The notes: generated by a model from the letters alone, not told the origin. Numbered from the stretch's first letter, positions 30,440-41,178 are shown. The stretch is DNA of 64,000 nucleotides from Gemmatimonas sp. (GCA_965279375.1 OZ257156.1:3968001-4032000), one strand, 5' to 3'. Made by a program: numbers and translations.

Positions 30440-31260
30440 CAGATGTCCTCCGCGTCTTCCTGTACCACGCGCCAACCGGTGGCGCTCAGGACGTCCAGCA
30501 TCTGTGCACGTTCTTCGAGGAGAATCCCGCTGATGATCGCGGCACCGTCGTCCGTCAAGTTTGCCGCTATGAGCGGCAGAAGCTCCACGAGCACCGACGA
30601 AATGATGTTGGCGAGCACGACTCGCACGGGGCCGATCATCGGCAGGAACGCCGCAGCGTCTCCTTCAAACACGTGCACCCGATCCGCCACGCCATTGCGC
30701 GCCACGTTCTCCTCGGCGTCGGGAATCGCTTCCCCATCGAGTTCGATCGCGTACACTCGCGCCGCGCCCAATTTGGCCGCAGCAATGGAGAGCACGGCAC
30801 TGCCGGCGCCCAGATCCGCGACGACATCGCCCGCCCGTAGCACAGTCGGCAGCAATCGCACGACACCGCGAGTGGTGGCGTGGTCGCCCGTGCCGAACGC
30901 CATGCCCGGATCAATGATGATCGTGCGCGAGAGATCGCGCCCTTCGCTCAGCCACGGCGGTGTGACCGTCAGCGCGCCCAACTCATGAGCGACGATGCGC
31001 GCCTTCCACGCTTCGCTCCAGTCGACGTTGGGAACGGGCGACGTCTCGATGACCGACAGCTCGTCCGCTTCCGAGACGATGGCGTGCACGCGAGTGAGAT
31101 CGGTGCCCGGCGGAAAGTGCGTAACGAGCGAACCCGCGTCCTCGTGCACGCCCTGCGCGCCCACTTCGAACAGCGCGGCCATGCACGCCAACCGCGCCGA
31201 CTCGTCGTTAGCCGCCGGCCGCACACGGACGCTGGTCCAACCGCTGATATCCTCAGGCAC
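30412..31260 (-). CDS. prmA: Ribosomal protein L11 methyltransferase
   Basis: [41 protein letters not shown]. Confidence 0.95.
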   Translation of the reverse strand: MPEDISGWTSVRVRPAANDESARLACMAALFEVGAQGVHEDAGSLVTHFPPGTDLTRVHAIVSEADELSVIETSPVPNVDWSEAWKARIVAHELGALTVTPPWLSEGRDLSRTIIIDPGMAFGTGDHATTRGVVRLLPTVLRAGDVVADLGAGSAVLSIAAAKLGAARVYAIELDGEAIPDAEENVARNGVADRVHVFEGDAAAFLPMIGPVRVVLANIISSVLVELLPLIAANLTDDGAAIISGILLEERAQMLDVLSATGWRVVQEDAEDIWWSASIARA

Positions 31261-32383
31261 CCAGCGCTTCCTTCATCTTCGACCAGATGCTCTTCTCGCG
31301 CTGTGCGGGCGCCTTGCCCTGCAGCGTCGCCAGATGACGGATCGTCTGCTCTTCCTCGCCGTGCACCGACTGTGGCGTCCAGAGCTGCACCTTCACGTGC
31401 ATGTCGCCCACGCCACTCGCGTTTACACGCGGCAAACCGCGACCGCGCAGATGAAACACCGCGCCACTCTGCGTTCCGGCCGGAACGCGCAGCGTGAGAT
31501 CACCCATGATGCCGGGTACGCGTACCTCTGCGCCGAACACGAGCTGCGGATACGTGACCAGCGCTTCGCAGAAGAGATCCTCTCCATCGCGATCGAAGCG
31601 CTCGTCGTCTTCCACCTCGAACACCACCAACACGTCTCCACGCGTTCCGCCGCGTGGACCGATGTTGCCCGAACCGCGCAACGTCATGTACTGCCCCGTC
31701 GCCACGCCGGCCGGCACGGTGATCTTGAGCGTGCGTTCGGCGCGCGCGCGCCCTTCGCCGCGGCACTTCTTGCACGGCGACGAGACCACCTGCCCTTCGC
31801 CAGCGCAGGTCGGACATGGCGCCACGGAAACGAACTGCCCAAAGAACGATCGCTGCGCACGGCGCACTTCCCCGGCGCCGCCACATGTGGCGCAGGTAGC
31901 CGGCTTGGTGCCTGGCTCAGCGCCCGACCCTTCACACTTGTCGCACGCCTCGAGGACCTTGAGCACCACCGTCTTCTCGACGCCAGTGGCCACCTCGGCG
32001 AGCGTCAGCGACAACGGGAGCTTGATGTCCGCGCCGGCGCGCGGTCCCGACTGGCGACGACCGCCGCCACCGCCGAAGAGGTCGCCGAATCCGCCGAAGT
32101 CGCGCATGAAAATATTGAGCGCGTCCGAGAGATCGACGTGTTCGTACGCGGCCTGCCCACCGCCACGCAAACCCGCTTCCCCGTAGCGATCGAACGCGGC
32201 GCGCTTCTGCGGATCGCGCAACACATCGTACGCTTCGGTGATCGTCTTGAACTTCTCTTCCGCTTCCTTGGATCCACCGTTGCGATCAGGGTGCCACTGC
32301 ATCGCAAGGCGGCGGTACGACTGCTTGATGTCGTCGTCGGAAGCATCGCGCGGCACACCGAGCACCGCGTAAAAGTCGGCCAT
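31253..32383 (-). CDS. dnaJ: Chaperone DnaJ
   Basis: J domain with HPD; four CxxCxGxG repeats. Confidence 0.97.
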   Translation of the reverse strand: MADFYAVLGVPRDASDDDIKQSYRRLAMQWHPDRNGGSKEAEEKFKTITEAYDVLRDPQKRAAFDRYGEAGLRGGGQAAYEHVDLSDALNIFMRDFGGFGDLFGGGGGRRQSGPRAGADIKLPLSLTLAEVATGVEKTVVLKVLEACDKCEGSGAEPGTKPATCATCGGAGEVRRAQRSFFGQFVSVAPCPTCAGEGQVVSSPCKKCRGEGRARAERTLKITVPAGVATGQYMTLRGSGNIGPRGGTRGDVLVVFEVEDDERFDRDGEDLFCEALVTYPQLVFGAEVRVPGIMGDLTLRVPAGTQSGAVFHLRGRGLPRVNASGVGDMHVKVQLWTPQSVHGEEEQTIRHLATLQGKAPAQREKSIWSKMKEALGA

Positions 32384-32443
32384 GTCGAAATATCCCGTGA
32401 AAGCGCGACCTCGCGGCCACGCCGGACTGGCGACGGTTTCCCG

Positions 32444-33487
32444 TCAGCAGAGCAAATCAGAAACGAGCTGTGAAGTATGTCCCACCAGCGCAATCACCTT
32501 CTCGTACGGCATACGCGTGGGACCGATGACGCCAATCACCCCACTCAGCGATCCGGCCGAATACTCGGCGGTCACGACAGTGAACGGCTCGAGTCGCGGA
32601 TCGCCGTGTTCGTTGCCGATGGTGATCGACATCCCGTTCGCACCGGGACGCACCTCGAGTAAAGTAGCGAGTTGCTGTCGGGTTTCCGTCAACTCGATCA
32701 GTCGCCGAAGACTCTCTCCGGTGGCAAACTCCGGCTGTTCGGCTAGGAGCGAGGGCTGGGCGATGACCACGGTGTCGATCGGCTCCGCCGCCCGCCCGAA
32801 AACCTGCTCCCCCTCCTGCACGAAGATGTTGAGCAGCTCGGCGCTCGATGGCCCCGCCTGCACATCGCGCAGACGCGCCGCGAGGGACGTGCGCACCTGA
32901 TCCAGCGTCAGCCCGGCGAGCCGTTCGTTCAGTACGATCGTCACCTCGACCAGGGCCTCATCGGCGACGATGCCCGGCACTTCGACGAAGATCGTGCGCA
33001 CCGCGCCGCCCGTCAGGCCCAGCACCATCAGCAACCGATCCGACGAGACGCGCACCAGTTCAACCTTGCGCAACGTCGCGCGCTCGAGGCGCGGCCCAAT
33101 CGCGACACCCAGCTCCTGCGTAAGTACGCCAAGCGACTGGGCGGCGCGACGCAGAATGGTCTCGATCGCCGATCCGCCCGACGAGATCTGCTCGGCGAGT
33201 GTGCGCTGCTCTTCGCGCGAGATCGGGTCCACTCGAATGAGCGAGTCTACGTAGACGCGATACGCCTTGTCGGTGGGGACACGCCCCGCTGACGTGTGCG
33301 GATGGAAGAGGAATCCCTTCTCCTCCAGATCGCTCATCGTGTTGCGGATGGTCGCCGGAGAAATGCCGAGTCCGAATCGGCGCGAGAGGGTGCGCGATCC
33401 GGCCGGCTCGGCGGTGGCCACGTAGCTCTGGATCACTGCTTCGAGGACCTGGCGTTCCCGCTCGGTCAATTCGCCCCTGCGCGTCAT
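32444..33487 (-). CDS. hrcA: Heat-inducible transcription repressor HrcA
   Basis: LTERERQVL, SPATIRNTMSDLE, PHTSAGRVPT, IGPTRMPY. Confidence 0.96.
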   Translation of the reverse strand: MTRRGELTERERQVLEAVIQSYVATAEPAGSRTLSRRFGLGISPATIRNTMSDLEEKGFLFHPHTSAGRVPTDKAYRVYVDSLIRVDPISREEQRTLAEQISSGGSAIETILRRAAQSLGVLTQELGVAIGPRLERATLRKVELVRVSSDRLLMVLGLTGGAVRTIFVEVPGIVADEALVEVTIVLNERLAGLTLDQVRTSLAARLRDVQAGPSSAELLNIFVQEGEQVFGRAAEPIDTVVIAQPSLLAEQPEFATGESLRRLIELTETRQQLATLLEVRPGANGMSITIGNEHGDPRLEPFTVVTAEYSAGSLSGVIGVIGPTRMPYEKVIALVGHTSQLVSDLLC

Positions 33488-33497
33488 AAGTCGAACG

Positions 33498-34634
33498 CTA
33501 CGAACGACTTCGGAGCGCTGTCAAGTCGGCCGCCAAGGCATCCAGCCGAAGCCAGCCCGCAGCGGTGCACCGCAGATGAGTCTCCGATCCCGCGTCCGTC
33601 CACTCCACCCACGCTGCCTCCAGCCAAGGCTGAACATGCTGCCGTTCCGCGGGCGTGACAGTGAGCCCGTCCCGCGTCCGCAATCCGAGGTATACCGCTT
33701 CTGCCGAGCGATTCTCCGCCGTCAGGTGCTCCGAGCCATCCACCGGATCGGTCCCAGAGAGTACCGTCGCGCGCCATCCAGCGTACGCGGAGACGTTCCA
33801 GCGGCGCGTCCGGCCATCGAAACCGTGCGCCGACGGCCCTACACCAAGGTAGGGCACGGCGCGCCAATACGCGCTGTTGTGGCGCGCTCGATGACCCGCC
33901 TGCGCGAAGTTCGACACCTCGTAGTGTTCGAATCCGGCCGCCGTTAGTCGCCGGTGCGCGTCGAGAAACTCGAGCTCGTAGCGATCCTCCGAGGTCTCGC
34001 GCACCTCGCCACGCGCGTGCCAGCGCCCCAGTGGTGTGTGCGGCTCGACGGTGAGCCCATAGAGCGACAGATGCGTGGGCGCGAACGCCAGCATGAGGTC
34101 CAAATCACGCGTCCAGTCGCGCTCCAACGCATCGGGCACGGCGAAGATCAGATCGAGCGAAAAGTTCGGCAGGCCGCCATCGCGCGCCATCTCTACCGCC
34201 CGTCTCGCGGTGCCCGCGTCGTGCACGCGATGCATCCAGCGCAACACGCGATCGTCGAAGCTCTGCACACCGATCGAAAGCCGATTCACTCCGGCCGCAC
34301 GCCAAGCCTGTACAGCCTCTTCGGTGAAGTCCTCGGGATTCGCTTCGAGCGTCACTTCGGCATTCGGCGCGAGCGTCAGATGCTCCCGAATGCCGTCGAG
34401 GAGCGAGCGCACGCCGTCGGCTCCCAGTCGTGAGGGCGTACCACCACCCAGATACAGGGTGTCCAGCGGGGCGCATTCCGAAGTGGCATTCCGCTGCACC
34501 AACTCGCGCACCACCGACTGCGCGAACTCAGTCGCTGGCACGTTGCGACGCACCGCGATGGAGAAGTCACAGTAGGAGCAGCGCCGAGCGCAGAACGGCA
34601 CGTGCACGTACAGGTGGCGATATGAGACTACCAT
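33498..34634 (-). CDS. hemW: Radical SAM heme chaperone HemW (HemN-like)
   Basis: LYVHVPFCARRCSYCDF, GGGTPS, EANP, YEVSNF, HNSAYW; hemW-hrcA synteny. Confidence 0.92.
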   Translation of the reverse strand: MVVSYRHLYVHVPFCARRCSYCDFSIAVRRNVPATEFAQSVVRELVQRNATSECAPLDTLYLGGGTPSRLGADGVRSLLDGIREHLTLAPNAEVTLEANPEDFTEEAVQAWRAAGVNRLSIGVQSFDDRVLRWMHRVHDAGTARRAVEMARDGGLPNFSLDLIFAVPDALERDWTRDLDLMLAFAPTHLSLYGLTVEPHTPLGRWHARGEVRETSEDRYELEFLDAHRRLTAAGFEHYEVSNFAQAGHRARHNSAYWRAVPYLGVGPSAHGFDGRTRRWNVSAYAGWRATVLSGTDPVDGSEHLTAENRSAEAVYLGLRTRDGLTVTPAERQHVQPWLEAAWVEWTDAGSETHLRCTAAGWLRLDALAADLTALRSRS

Positions 34635-35689
34635 CCGCGGCGTTCCACTGTCGAGCGCACCACGCCACCCGGTTCCGTGATCACCAGCCCCTCCAGTTCG
34701 AGCAGGCTGACGGCTGCCGCTACAACGCGCGGTCCGAGTTGCGCGCGCTGTCCGATCGACGACAGGTCGTTGGCCCCGTCGCGAATCGCGCTCCAGCAGG
34801 TTGCCGCAGTGCCGTCGAGAATCGGCGCTGGTGTGGGCGTGGCGCGAACGTCGATCAAGGCCAGTACATCGTCGGGAGACAGAACGGGTGCTGCGCCTTC
34901 CTTGAGCAGCGCGTTGCTCCCCTCTGCGCTCGCCGCATCGATCGCATTGGGGACGCACGCCACGGTTCGGCCGAGGTCGAGCGCGCACTCCGCGGTGATG
35001 AGTGCGCCGCTCTGACGTCCTGCTTCGACGACTACGGTCACGTCGGCCAACGCTGCAATCAGCCGATTCCTGCGCGGAAACGTGCCGGCATGTCCCGAGA
35101 CTCCCGGCGCCAGTTCACTCACAAGCAAACCGTCGGTGGCGATACGCTCCTGCAGCGCGCGATGATGACGCGGGAACGCGACGTCCACGCCGGTGCCAAG
35201 TACGGCAACGGTTCGACCGCCGGCGCGCAGCGCGGCCTCATGCGCCGCGCCGTCGATACCGCGCGCGAGGCCGCTGATGACCGCCACGCCAGCGTTCGCG
35301 CACGCAGTCGCGATCGCGCGCGCAACGCGCAGGCCGTACGAGCTCGCCTCTCGCGTGCCGACAATAGCGACGGCCGGCGGCGCCGCCACGGGCAGACGGC
35401 CACGCACGAATACCACTGCGGGCGGGTCATGCAATTCCAGCAGCCGCGCCGGAAACTCGGTGTCCGTGCGGCTCAATGTGCGCGCGTGGCAGGCGTCCGC
35501 GCGCGCCAGCACGATATCGGCTGTGCGCAACGCGGCTTCCACGACGACGCTCGATTCGGTCGAGAGCGCCCGTTGCGCGGAACCTGCCTGTGCGAGTTTC
35601 CGGGCCAGCGACACATCACCCACCCCCGGCATGCTGCGTAGCGCGAGAATGGCGCGCGTCTCCTCCCGATCAGGGGAGGACGTCGGCAT
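34628..35689 (-). CDS. dprA: DNA-processing protein DprA
   Basis: AIVGTR, ISGLARGIDGAAH, FPRRNRLIAAL, VVEA..SGALITA; ATG at 35689. Confidence 0.94.
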   Translation of the reverse strand: MPTSSPDREETRAILALRSMPGVGDVSLARKLAQAGSAQRALSTESSVVVEAALRTADIVLARADACHARTLSRTDTEFPARLLELHDPPAVVFVRGRLPVAAPPAVAIVGTREASSYGLRVARAIATACANAGVAVISGLARGIDGAAHEAALRAGGRTVAVLGTGVDVAFPRHHRALQERIATDGLLVSELAPGVSGHAGTFPRRNRLIAALADVTVVVEAGRQSGALITAECALDLGRTVACVPNAIDAASAEGSNALLKEGAAPVLSPDDVLALIDVRATPTPAPILDGTAATCWSAIRDGANDLSSIGQRAQLGPRVVAAAVSLLELEGLVITEPGGVVRSTVERRGW

Positions 35690-36692
35690 CCGGGTCCGGC
35701 TTCTTCTCGACGGCGCGCAACGCCAGCAGCTCGCGCCACCACGCATCGAGCAGCACGTCGAGCCCCATGCGACCTGGTGCGCTGATCGAGAACTTTCCGA
35801 AAGCGCCGGGCGCCTCGATGTCCGGGACGTAGTGCTCGCCGAGCAAATCGAGTTTGCTGAACACAACGCAGTACGGCTTCGCCGCAAGCTCCGCAGAATG
35901 CTCAGCGATTTCGTGGCGTAGCTGATCGAGCTCCTTCTGCCAGTCTTCAGACTCGATGGGAATGAGGAACGCGAGGATTCGCGTGCGCTCGATGTGTCGC
36001 AGGAACTGGAGTCCGAGTCCCTTGCCTTCATGCGCGCCTTCGATGATGCCCGGAATGTCGGCCACGACGAACGACCGATGGTCGCTGAGGGGCACCACGC
36101 CGAGGTTGGGCGAGAGCGTCGTGAAGGGATAGTTGGCGATCTTGGGGCGCGCGGCGGAAATGACAGATAGCAGCGTGCTCTTGCCCGCGTTTGGCTGACC
36201 GACGAGTCCGATGTCGGCGATCAGTTTGAGCTCCAGCTCGAGCTCGCGCGCTTCGCCCTCTTCGCCCGGCTGCCATTCGCGTGGCGCCTGGTGCGTGGCC
36301 GTCACGAAGAACGCGTTCCCCTTGCCGCCGCGTCCGCCCTTGGCGATCACGAACGAGTCCGATGGCTCGAGAATCTCGCAGAGGATCTCCTGCGTCGACG
36401 CATCGCGGATCACCGTGCCCTGAGGCACGGGGAGGATGATGTCTTCGCCCGAGCGTCCCGTGCGCAGCTGACCGCCGCCATGCTCGCCCCGCTCCGCGCG
36501 CCACGCGTCGCGATACGTGAAGTCGAGGAGCGTCGTGAGATTGCGGTCGGCGCGAACGATCACATCGCCGCCACGCCCACCGTCGCCGCCATCGGGGCCA
36601 CCCATCGGATAGAACTTCTCGCGACGGAAGGAGGTCTGGCCGGAACCACCCGTGCCTGCTTCTACTCGGACTTTGACGCGATCGACGAACAT
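35670..36692 (-). CDS. obgE: GTPase ObgE
   Basis: MFVDRV, FRREK..PMGGPDGGDGG, GQPNAGKS, YPFTTL, DIPG, FLRHIER. Confidence 0.97.
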   Translation of the reverse strand: MFVDRVKVRVEAGTGGSGQTSFRREKFYPMGGPDGGDGGRGGDVIVRADRNLTTLLDFTYRDAWRAERGEHGGGQLRTGRSGEDIILPVPQGTVIRDASTQEILCEILEPSDSFVIAKGGRGGKGNAFFVTATHQAPREWQPGEEGEARELELELKLIADIGLVGQPNAGKSTLLSVISAARPKIANYPFTTLSPNLGVVPLSDHRSFVVADIPGIIEGAHEGKGLGLQFLRHIERTRILAFLIPIESEDWQKELDQLRHEIAEHSAELAAKPYCVVFSKLDLLGEHYVPDIEAPGAFGKFSISAPGRMGLDVLLDAWWRELLALRAVEKKPDPDADVLP

Positions 36693-36809
36693 GAGACTCT
36701 GCGCTTTCTGAAAGGCGGTTTGCACCGCGACGACGAACACCCGCAAATGGGACCGAACGACGAACTGCCGATCGGCGTACAGCGACACCGTTTTCCTGTG
36801 TTCTCCTGA

Positions 36810-37538
36810 CTACTTCCCCTGCACGCGCGCCCACAGCCCCTGATAGCGGCGCATGTCTTCCGCACCGATGAGCTCCGCGATGCACTCCAGCGCCGCGCTC
36901 ACCACAGACGGTGCCGCGCCTGCATTCATCGCGCCATGCAGATGCGAGTGGAGCTGGCGATCCTGCCGCGCGATCGCGCACGCGGCCACCACGCACAACT
37001 CGCGACGCGGAAGGTCCAGCTGCGGACGGCCGAGCACTTTGCCGTAGCCGTCCGCGATCATCCACGTGTCCAGCGCTGGATGCAGCCCACGAATGTTCTT
37101 CCGCAACGGCTCGTAGAACACGCCGTATACGGTGGCGCACGTCGCCTCGCCGCGCGCCGTCCAGTCGGTCGAATCCGACTCCAGACTTTCGTCAGCAGTC
37201 GGCGCCTCTCGTCCGGAGATGCGTCGCCACTCGCGAGCCGCGTTGAGTGCGCGAGGAAATCCGGCAAACAGATACGTCTGCAGGATGACCTCTTCGACCC
37301 ACACCGGATCCACGACTCGAAACGCTCGCGACAATCCTGCGCGCACTTCGCCCTCGGAACCGCCGGCGAGCAACGCCGCCAAATGGACGAGCATCGCCGT
37401 CGATTCATCGAGCGCATGCAACGTGTAGCGTGAGGCCTTGTCGGCCGTCACCGAAACCGCGCTCGCTGGTTCCAATCCATTCGCTCCGGACGCGTCGGCC
37501 ACCGCGTTGTTCATCGGTCTGCTCACCTGACGACTCAT
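36810..37538 (-). CDS. Carboxymuconolactone decarboxylase / AhpD-family protein
   Basis: EEVILQTYLFAGFPRALNA, YGKVLGRPQLDLPRRELC, QLHSHLHGA. ATG 37538 overlaps the asparaginase stop. Confidence 0.8.
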   Translation of the reverse strand: MSRQVSRPMNNAVADASGANGLEPASAVSVTADKASRYTLHALDESTAMLVHLAALLAGGSEGEVRAGLSRAFRVVDPVWVEEVILQTYLFAGFPRALNAAREWRRISGREAPTADESLESDSTDWTARGEATCATVYGVFYEPLRKNIRGLHPALDTWMIADGYGKVLGRPQLDLPRRELCVVAACAIARQDRQLHSHLHGAMNAGAAPSVVSAALECIAELIGAEDMRRYQGLWARVQGK

Positions 37539-38617
37539 CGCATTCCTCCGATGGGCGTCGGGCCAATAGAGAAGTCGCCGACCGCTTCCCCTCGAGTATT
37601 GCGCACCACGCCGGGGGCAAATTCGAGCACGGCGGACGGCCACGCCGCAGGCGCAACGCCCAAGTGCTCCAAGACGGCGAGCACTGCGTGATACTGCGCG
37701 CGCTGCGTTCCGTCTTCGGCCTTGATGGCGATGCCGATGCTCTCCTCGACCAAACCGACCGTGTGCACCCCTTCCGCGCCGATCTTGCAGATCAGCCGAC
37801 CGTCGAAGCACTCCATCAACGCGGTATCGAACCGGTCGCTGCCACCCACGAGAAACGGATTTCCGGTCATCGCCGCCACGATACGCGCCGGCGCGTCCAC
37901 GCCGCGCCGCGCTGCGTCGACCAAGCGCGCGTACGACAGCGCCATATGCGACAGCGGCAACCCGAACACGGTGACGCCGCATCCGTCGACCGCGAGCGCG
38001 ATCGACTCTGCGTCGATCCGTGCCCACGCCGAGATCGTCTCCAACGCCGCCCGTTGCACCGCATGCTCCGCGCGCTCGTATCCGCGCGTCGGCCAACGCT
38101 GCAGCACCGCGCGCGCCAACATCGCCGAATGCTTTCCGGAGCAGTTGTTGTGCAGTCGTGTGACGCGCTGCCCTGACTCCCGGAGCAGGCGGCTGCCGCG
38201 GGCCGCCATCGGCTCGTGCGGGCCACAGGCGAGATCGCCTTCCTCGAGTCCGACCGCCGCCAACATTGCTGCGGCAAGTGCGACGTGCTCGGGTTCGCCG
38301 CCATGCGAGGCGCAGGCCAGCGCGAGCTCGTCGGGCCCCCAGCTCAGCGTTTCGAAACCGCCGTCCTCGAGCAGGGGCATGACTTGGAACGGCTTGGCGC
38401 AGGAGCGCCACCAAGTGCGCACGTGCGGATCACGCGCCGCATGGGTCAGCGTGCCGTCAGCAGTCACCACGGCCGCGTGCACACGATGCCGCGACTCGAT
38501 CAGCGGGCCGCGGCTCACGAGCAGATCGAGGTCGAGTGACGCGCGCGCCGCCCCGAACGCAATCGGCGTACGGTCGGCGGCCGGCAGCGATGTGGTGGGG
38601 CGTGGAGTGCTGGACAC
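37535..38617 (-). CDS. Asparaginase II (Rhizobium AnsA-type)
   Basis: RGPLIESRH, RSCAKPFQ, ASHGGE, NNCSGKH, DGCG, KIGAEG. Confidence 0.88.
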   Translation of the reverse strand: MSSTPRPTTSLPAADRTPIAFGAARASLDLDLLVSRGPLIESRHRVHAAVVTADGTLTHAARDPHVRTWWRSCAKPFQVMPLLEDGGFETLSWGPDELALACASHGGEPEHVALAAAMLAAVGLEEGDLACGPHEPMAARGSRLLRESGQRVTRLHNNCSGKHSAMLARAVLQRWPTRGYERAEHAVQRAALETISAWARIDAESIALAVDGCGVTVFGLPLSHMALSYARLVDAARRGVDAPARIVAAMTGNPFLVGGSDRFDTALMECFDGRLICKIGAEGVHTVGLVEESIGIAIKAEDGTQRAQYHAVLAVLEHLGVAPAAWPSAVLEFAPGVVRNTRGEAVGDFSIGPTPIGGMR

Positions 38618-38685
38618 CCGAGGAAGATAACCGCACAGCGGTGATGAGCGGTGACGAAGGGGCTCCGCCCCTACGCCGCCCGCCC

Positions 38686-39654
38686 CTAACGACGGGCCGT
38701 TCGGAGCACTCCGGCCAGCACCAGCGCCCCACCGACCAGTGTACCCACCCCCGGCACTTCGTGGATTCCGGGGAGTATGGCCGCCAGCGCCGTCGCGCCG
38801 ATAGGCTCGCCCAGCGTCGTCAGGTTCACCACGTAGGCCGGCAGATGTCCCAGCGCCCAGTTCATCCCCGTGTGGCCGAGGAGGGTTGGTCCCAGCGCGA
38901 GTCCGGCGAAAATCGCGATGTCACGCGGCGGCTGCGGGTACAGCACCATACCGGAAAGCAGCGCGACCGAACTGCAGACGAGGAACGCCGCGCCGTAGAC
39001 CAGGGCGACATACGGCCACAGCGCCAAGGCTTGACGCACCCGTCGGCCGATGAGGAAGTACAGCGCGCCGGTTACCGCCCCCACACAGGCCAACAGGTCG
39101 CCCAGCAGCGCCCGGGAACGTGCCGCGTCGGCGGTCGCATCGGCGCCCGCACCGGAGGTGAGCGCCTGCACGATGCCCGCGGGTCCGCCGGGAACGTCCG
39201 CCAGCCCGACCACCAGAGCGCCGATCACGGCAATCGCGATCCCCTGCCATTGGCGACGGGTCGGCGGTTCACCCAGCCAGCGCGCAGACACAGCCGCGAT
39301 GATCACCGGCTGCAAGTTGACCAGCGAGACGGACGCCGCGACGCTCGTGTACTGGAGCGACACGTTCCAGCTCCAGAAGTGCACCGCGAGAAAGACTCCG
39401 GCGGCGAGCGTCAACCCGACGTCTCGCACACTGAGTTTGCGCCAGGCGCGCCATTCGCCGCCAATCACCAGCGCGCCGGCGATGACCACCAACGCAAACC
39501 CCAGTCGCCACGCTGCGATCACCAGCCCCGGTGCGCTCGAGAGCCGCGTGAGTGGCGCGGCCAGCGAAATGCCGAGCAGCGCAATCAGCAGCACGACGAG
39601 CGGCGAGCGCGTTGGTCGCGTCGTCGAATCTGAAGTCAGGACAGGAGAGGTCAC
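38686..39654 (-). CDS. EamA/DMT family transporter
   Basis: About 10 hydrophobic segments; HFWSW..SL.YTSVA, LGHTGMNWAL, EPIGA. Start placed at GTG 39654, 6 nt after TACTTT. Confidence 0.88.
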   Translation of the reverse strand: MTSPVLTSDSTTRPTRSPLVVLLIALLGISLAAPLTRLSSAPGLVIAAWRLGFALVVIAGALVIGGEWRAWRKLSVRDVGLTLAAGVFLAVHFWSWNVSLQYTSVAASVSLVNLQPVIIAAVSARWLGEPPTRRQWQGIAIAVIGALVVGLADVPGGPAGIVQALTSGAGADATADAARSRALLGDLLACVGAVTGALYFLIGRRVRQALALWPYVALVYGAAFLVCSSVALLSGMVLYPQPPRDIAIFAGLALGPTLLGHTGMNWALGHLPAYVVNLTTLGEPIGATALAAILPGIHEVPGVGTLVGGALVLAGVLRTARR

Positions 39655-39712
39655 CGCGCCAAAGTAACCCGCTGCTGTTCCCGGGTACACCAAACTCTTA
39701 GCTTGCACCGCC

Positions 39713-40753
39713 ATGACGACCGACACGACGCGTCCTCCCGCGCCCACCATCGCGCGAGACCGACTTGAGGCACTTCTCGCCGAGGCAGCGGACCAACATG
39801 TCGTGATCGTTGGCGACGCGATGCTCGACGTCTATCTGCGGGGAGACGTCGATCGCATCTCCCCGGAAGCTCCGGTGCCCGTGGTCCGCGTGCGAGATCG
39901 CAAGCTGGCCTTGGGCGGCGCGGCCAATGTCGCACAGAACGTCGCGGCCCTCGGCGCCGGCTGCGATCTGGTCGCCATCATCGGCGACGACGTGACTGGT
40001 TCAACGCTGCGTGCGCATCTCGAAGCGGGCGGCATGGAATCGCGTTCACTCGTCGTGGGAGCGCGACCGACCACTACCAAGACGCGAGTGATGGCGCGCT
40101 CGCAGCAGTTGGTGCGGTTCGACGAGGAAGAAGACGCCGACCTCAGCGCGGAGGAGGTGCGACTCGTGCTCGCCGCCATCGAGCGGGCGATGCCGCAGGC
40201 AACCGCGCTCGTGTTCGAGGACTACAACAAGGGCGTGCTGGTGCCCGCGGTCATCGAAGGCGCCATCACGATGGCTGCAAAGCGCGGCATTCCCATCGTC
40301 GTCGATCCAAAGTTCCGCAATTTCTTCGCGTACCGCGGTGCGACCGTGTTCAAGCCGAATCGTCGAGAGCTCGAAAGCGCACTCGGCGCCGCGGTCGATC
40401 TCGACCATCCCGCCGCACTGCCAACCACCTTCGAACGACTCGGCGTCGCTCACCTGCTGCTCACGTTGGGCGAGCGGGGCATGGCGCTCATTTCGTCTGA
40501 CGCCGTGGTCCATCGCGTACCCACCACGGCCCGCGAGGTCTATGACGTCGTTGGCGCGGGCGACACCGTCACCGCGTACCTCGCGACGATGCTCGCCGCC
40601 GGAGCCACCGCGCTGGAAGCCGCGATCGTGGCCAACTACGCGGCTGGCGTCGAAGTCGGAAAGCTGGGGGCCGCCACCGTCTCGCCTGCGGAGGTGCTGG
40701 ATGCGCACGCATCGCACATGGACGCCCTCACCGAGCGTGCGCGCACGCTTTGA
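39713..40753 (+). CDS. rfaE1: D-glycero-beta-D-manno-heptose-7-phosphate kinase (stand-alone RfaE1/HldA)
   Basis: GDAMLDVYL.G.VDRISPEAPVPV, GGAANVA, DYNKG, VYDVVGAGDTV; no adenylyltransferase domain. Confidence 0.9.
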   Translation: MTTDTTRPPAPTIARDRLEALLAEAADQHVVIVGDAMLDVYLRGDVDRISPEAPVPVVRVRDRKLALGGAANVAQNVAALGAGCDLVAIIGDDVTGSTLRAHLEAGGMESRSLVVGARPTTTKTRVMARSQQLVRFDEEEDADLSAEEVRLVLAAIERAMPQATALVFEDYNKGVLVPAVIEGAITMAAKRGIPIVVDPKFRNFFAYRGATVFKPNRRELESALGAAVDLDHPAALPTTFERLGVAHLLLTLGERGMALISSDAVVHRVPTTAREVYDVVGAGDTVTAYLATMLAAGATALEAAIVANYAAGVEVGKLGAATVSPAEVLDAHASHMDALTERARTL

Positions 40754-40835
40754 GCGGCTGAACCGTCGATCACTCCGCGTTGCCCTGCCCCAAGCGGAGC
40801 GCCAGATTGCACCTCGCAGCAAGAAGCATAAAGTC

Positions 40836-40909
40836 GGTCCGGTAGCTTAGTCGGTTAAAGCGCTCGACTCATAATCGAAGGATCGTGGGTTCAAGTCCCA
40901 CCCGGACCA
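40836..40909 (+). tRNA. tRNA with CAT anticodon, probably tRNA-Ile2 (lysidine); tRNA-Met not excluded
   Basis: Cloverleaf GGTCCGG...CCGGACC-A, anticodon loop CTCATAA, TTCAAGT T-loop. G1-C72 is paired, so it is not the initiator; C4/C5 as in Ile2. No encoded CCA. Confidence 0.9.
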
Positions 40910-41035
40910 TGCAGGAAGACAGTGCGCTGACGGATGCGTCCAAGGGGCTTCCATCGCTCCTGCGCTACGGTTACGTTTTCCGTCCGCCTTCGAGTTGGGG
41001 ATGGACGAGAACGGCGGTGTAGTTGCTGGACATGC

Positions 41036-41109
41036 GGTCGCGTAGCTCAGCTGGTTAGAGCGCTGCTTTCACACAGCAGAGGTCCGGGGTTCGAGTCCCT
41101 GCGCGACCA
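41036..41109 (+). tRNA. tRNA-Val(CAC)
   Basis: GGTCGCG...CGCGACC-A; anticodon arm CTGCT-TTCACAC-AGCAG; GGTTCGAGTCC. No encoded CCA. Confidence 0.95.
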
Positions 41110-41135
41110 CTCGGAGTTTCGATTCACTACATGCG

Positions 41136-41178
41136 CAACGCGGCCCGCAATCTCCTGATTGCGGGCCGCGTTGTTTTT
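41136..41178 (+). terminator. Intrinsic terminator after the tRNAs, convergent with hflX
   Basis: 17-bp perfect stem CAACGCGGCCCGCAATC-TCCT-GATTGCGGGCCGCGTTG followed by TTTTT. Confidence 0.85.

Noticed and set aside
33498..36788. N-terminally extended hemW, dprA and obgE ORFs overlapping their neighbours
   Set aside because: Homology motifs begin at internal starts (34634, 35689, 36692); the extensions are open-frame artefacts.
36810..38414. 534-aa ORF suggesting an asparaginase-CMD fusion or frameshift
   Set aside because: The upstream part is an out-of-frame shadow of the asparaginase; the CMD has its own ATG overlapping the asparaginase stop.
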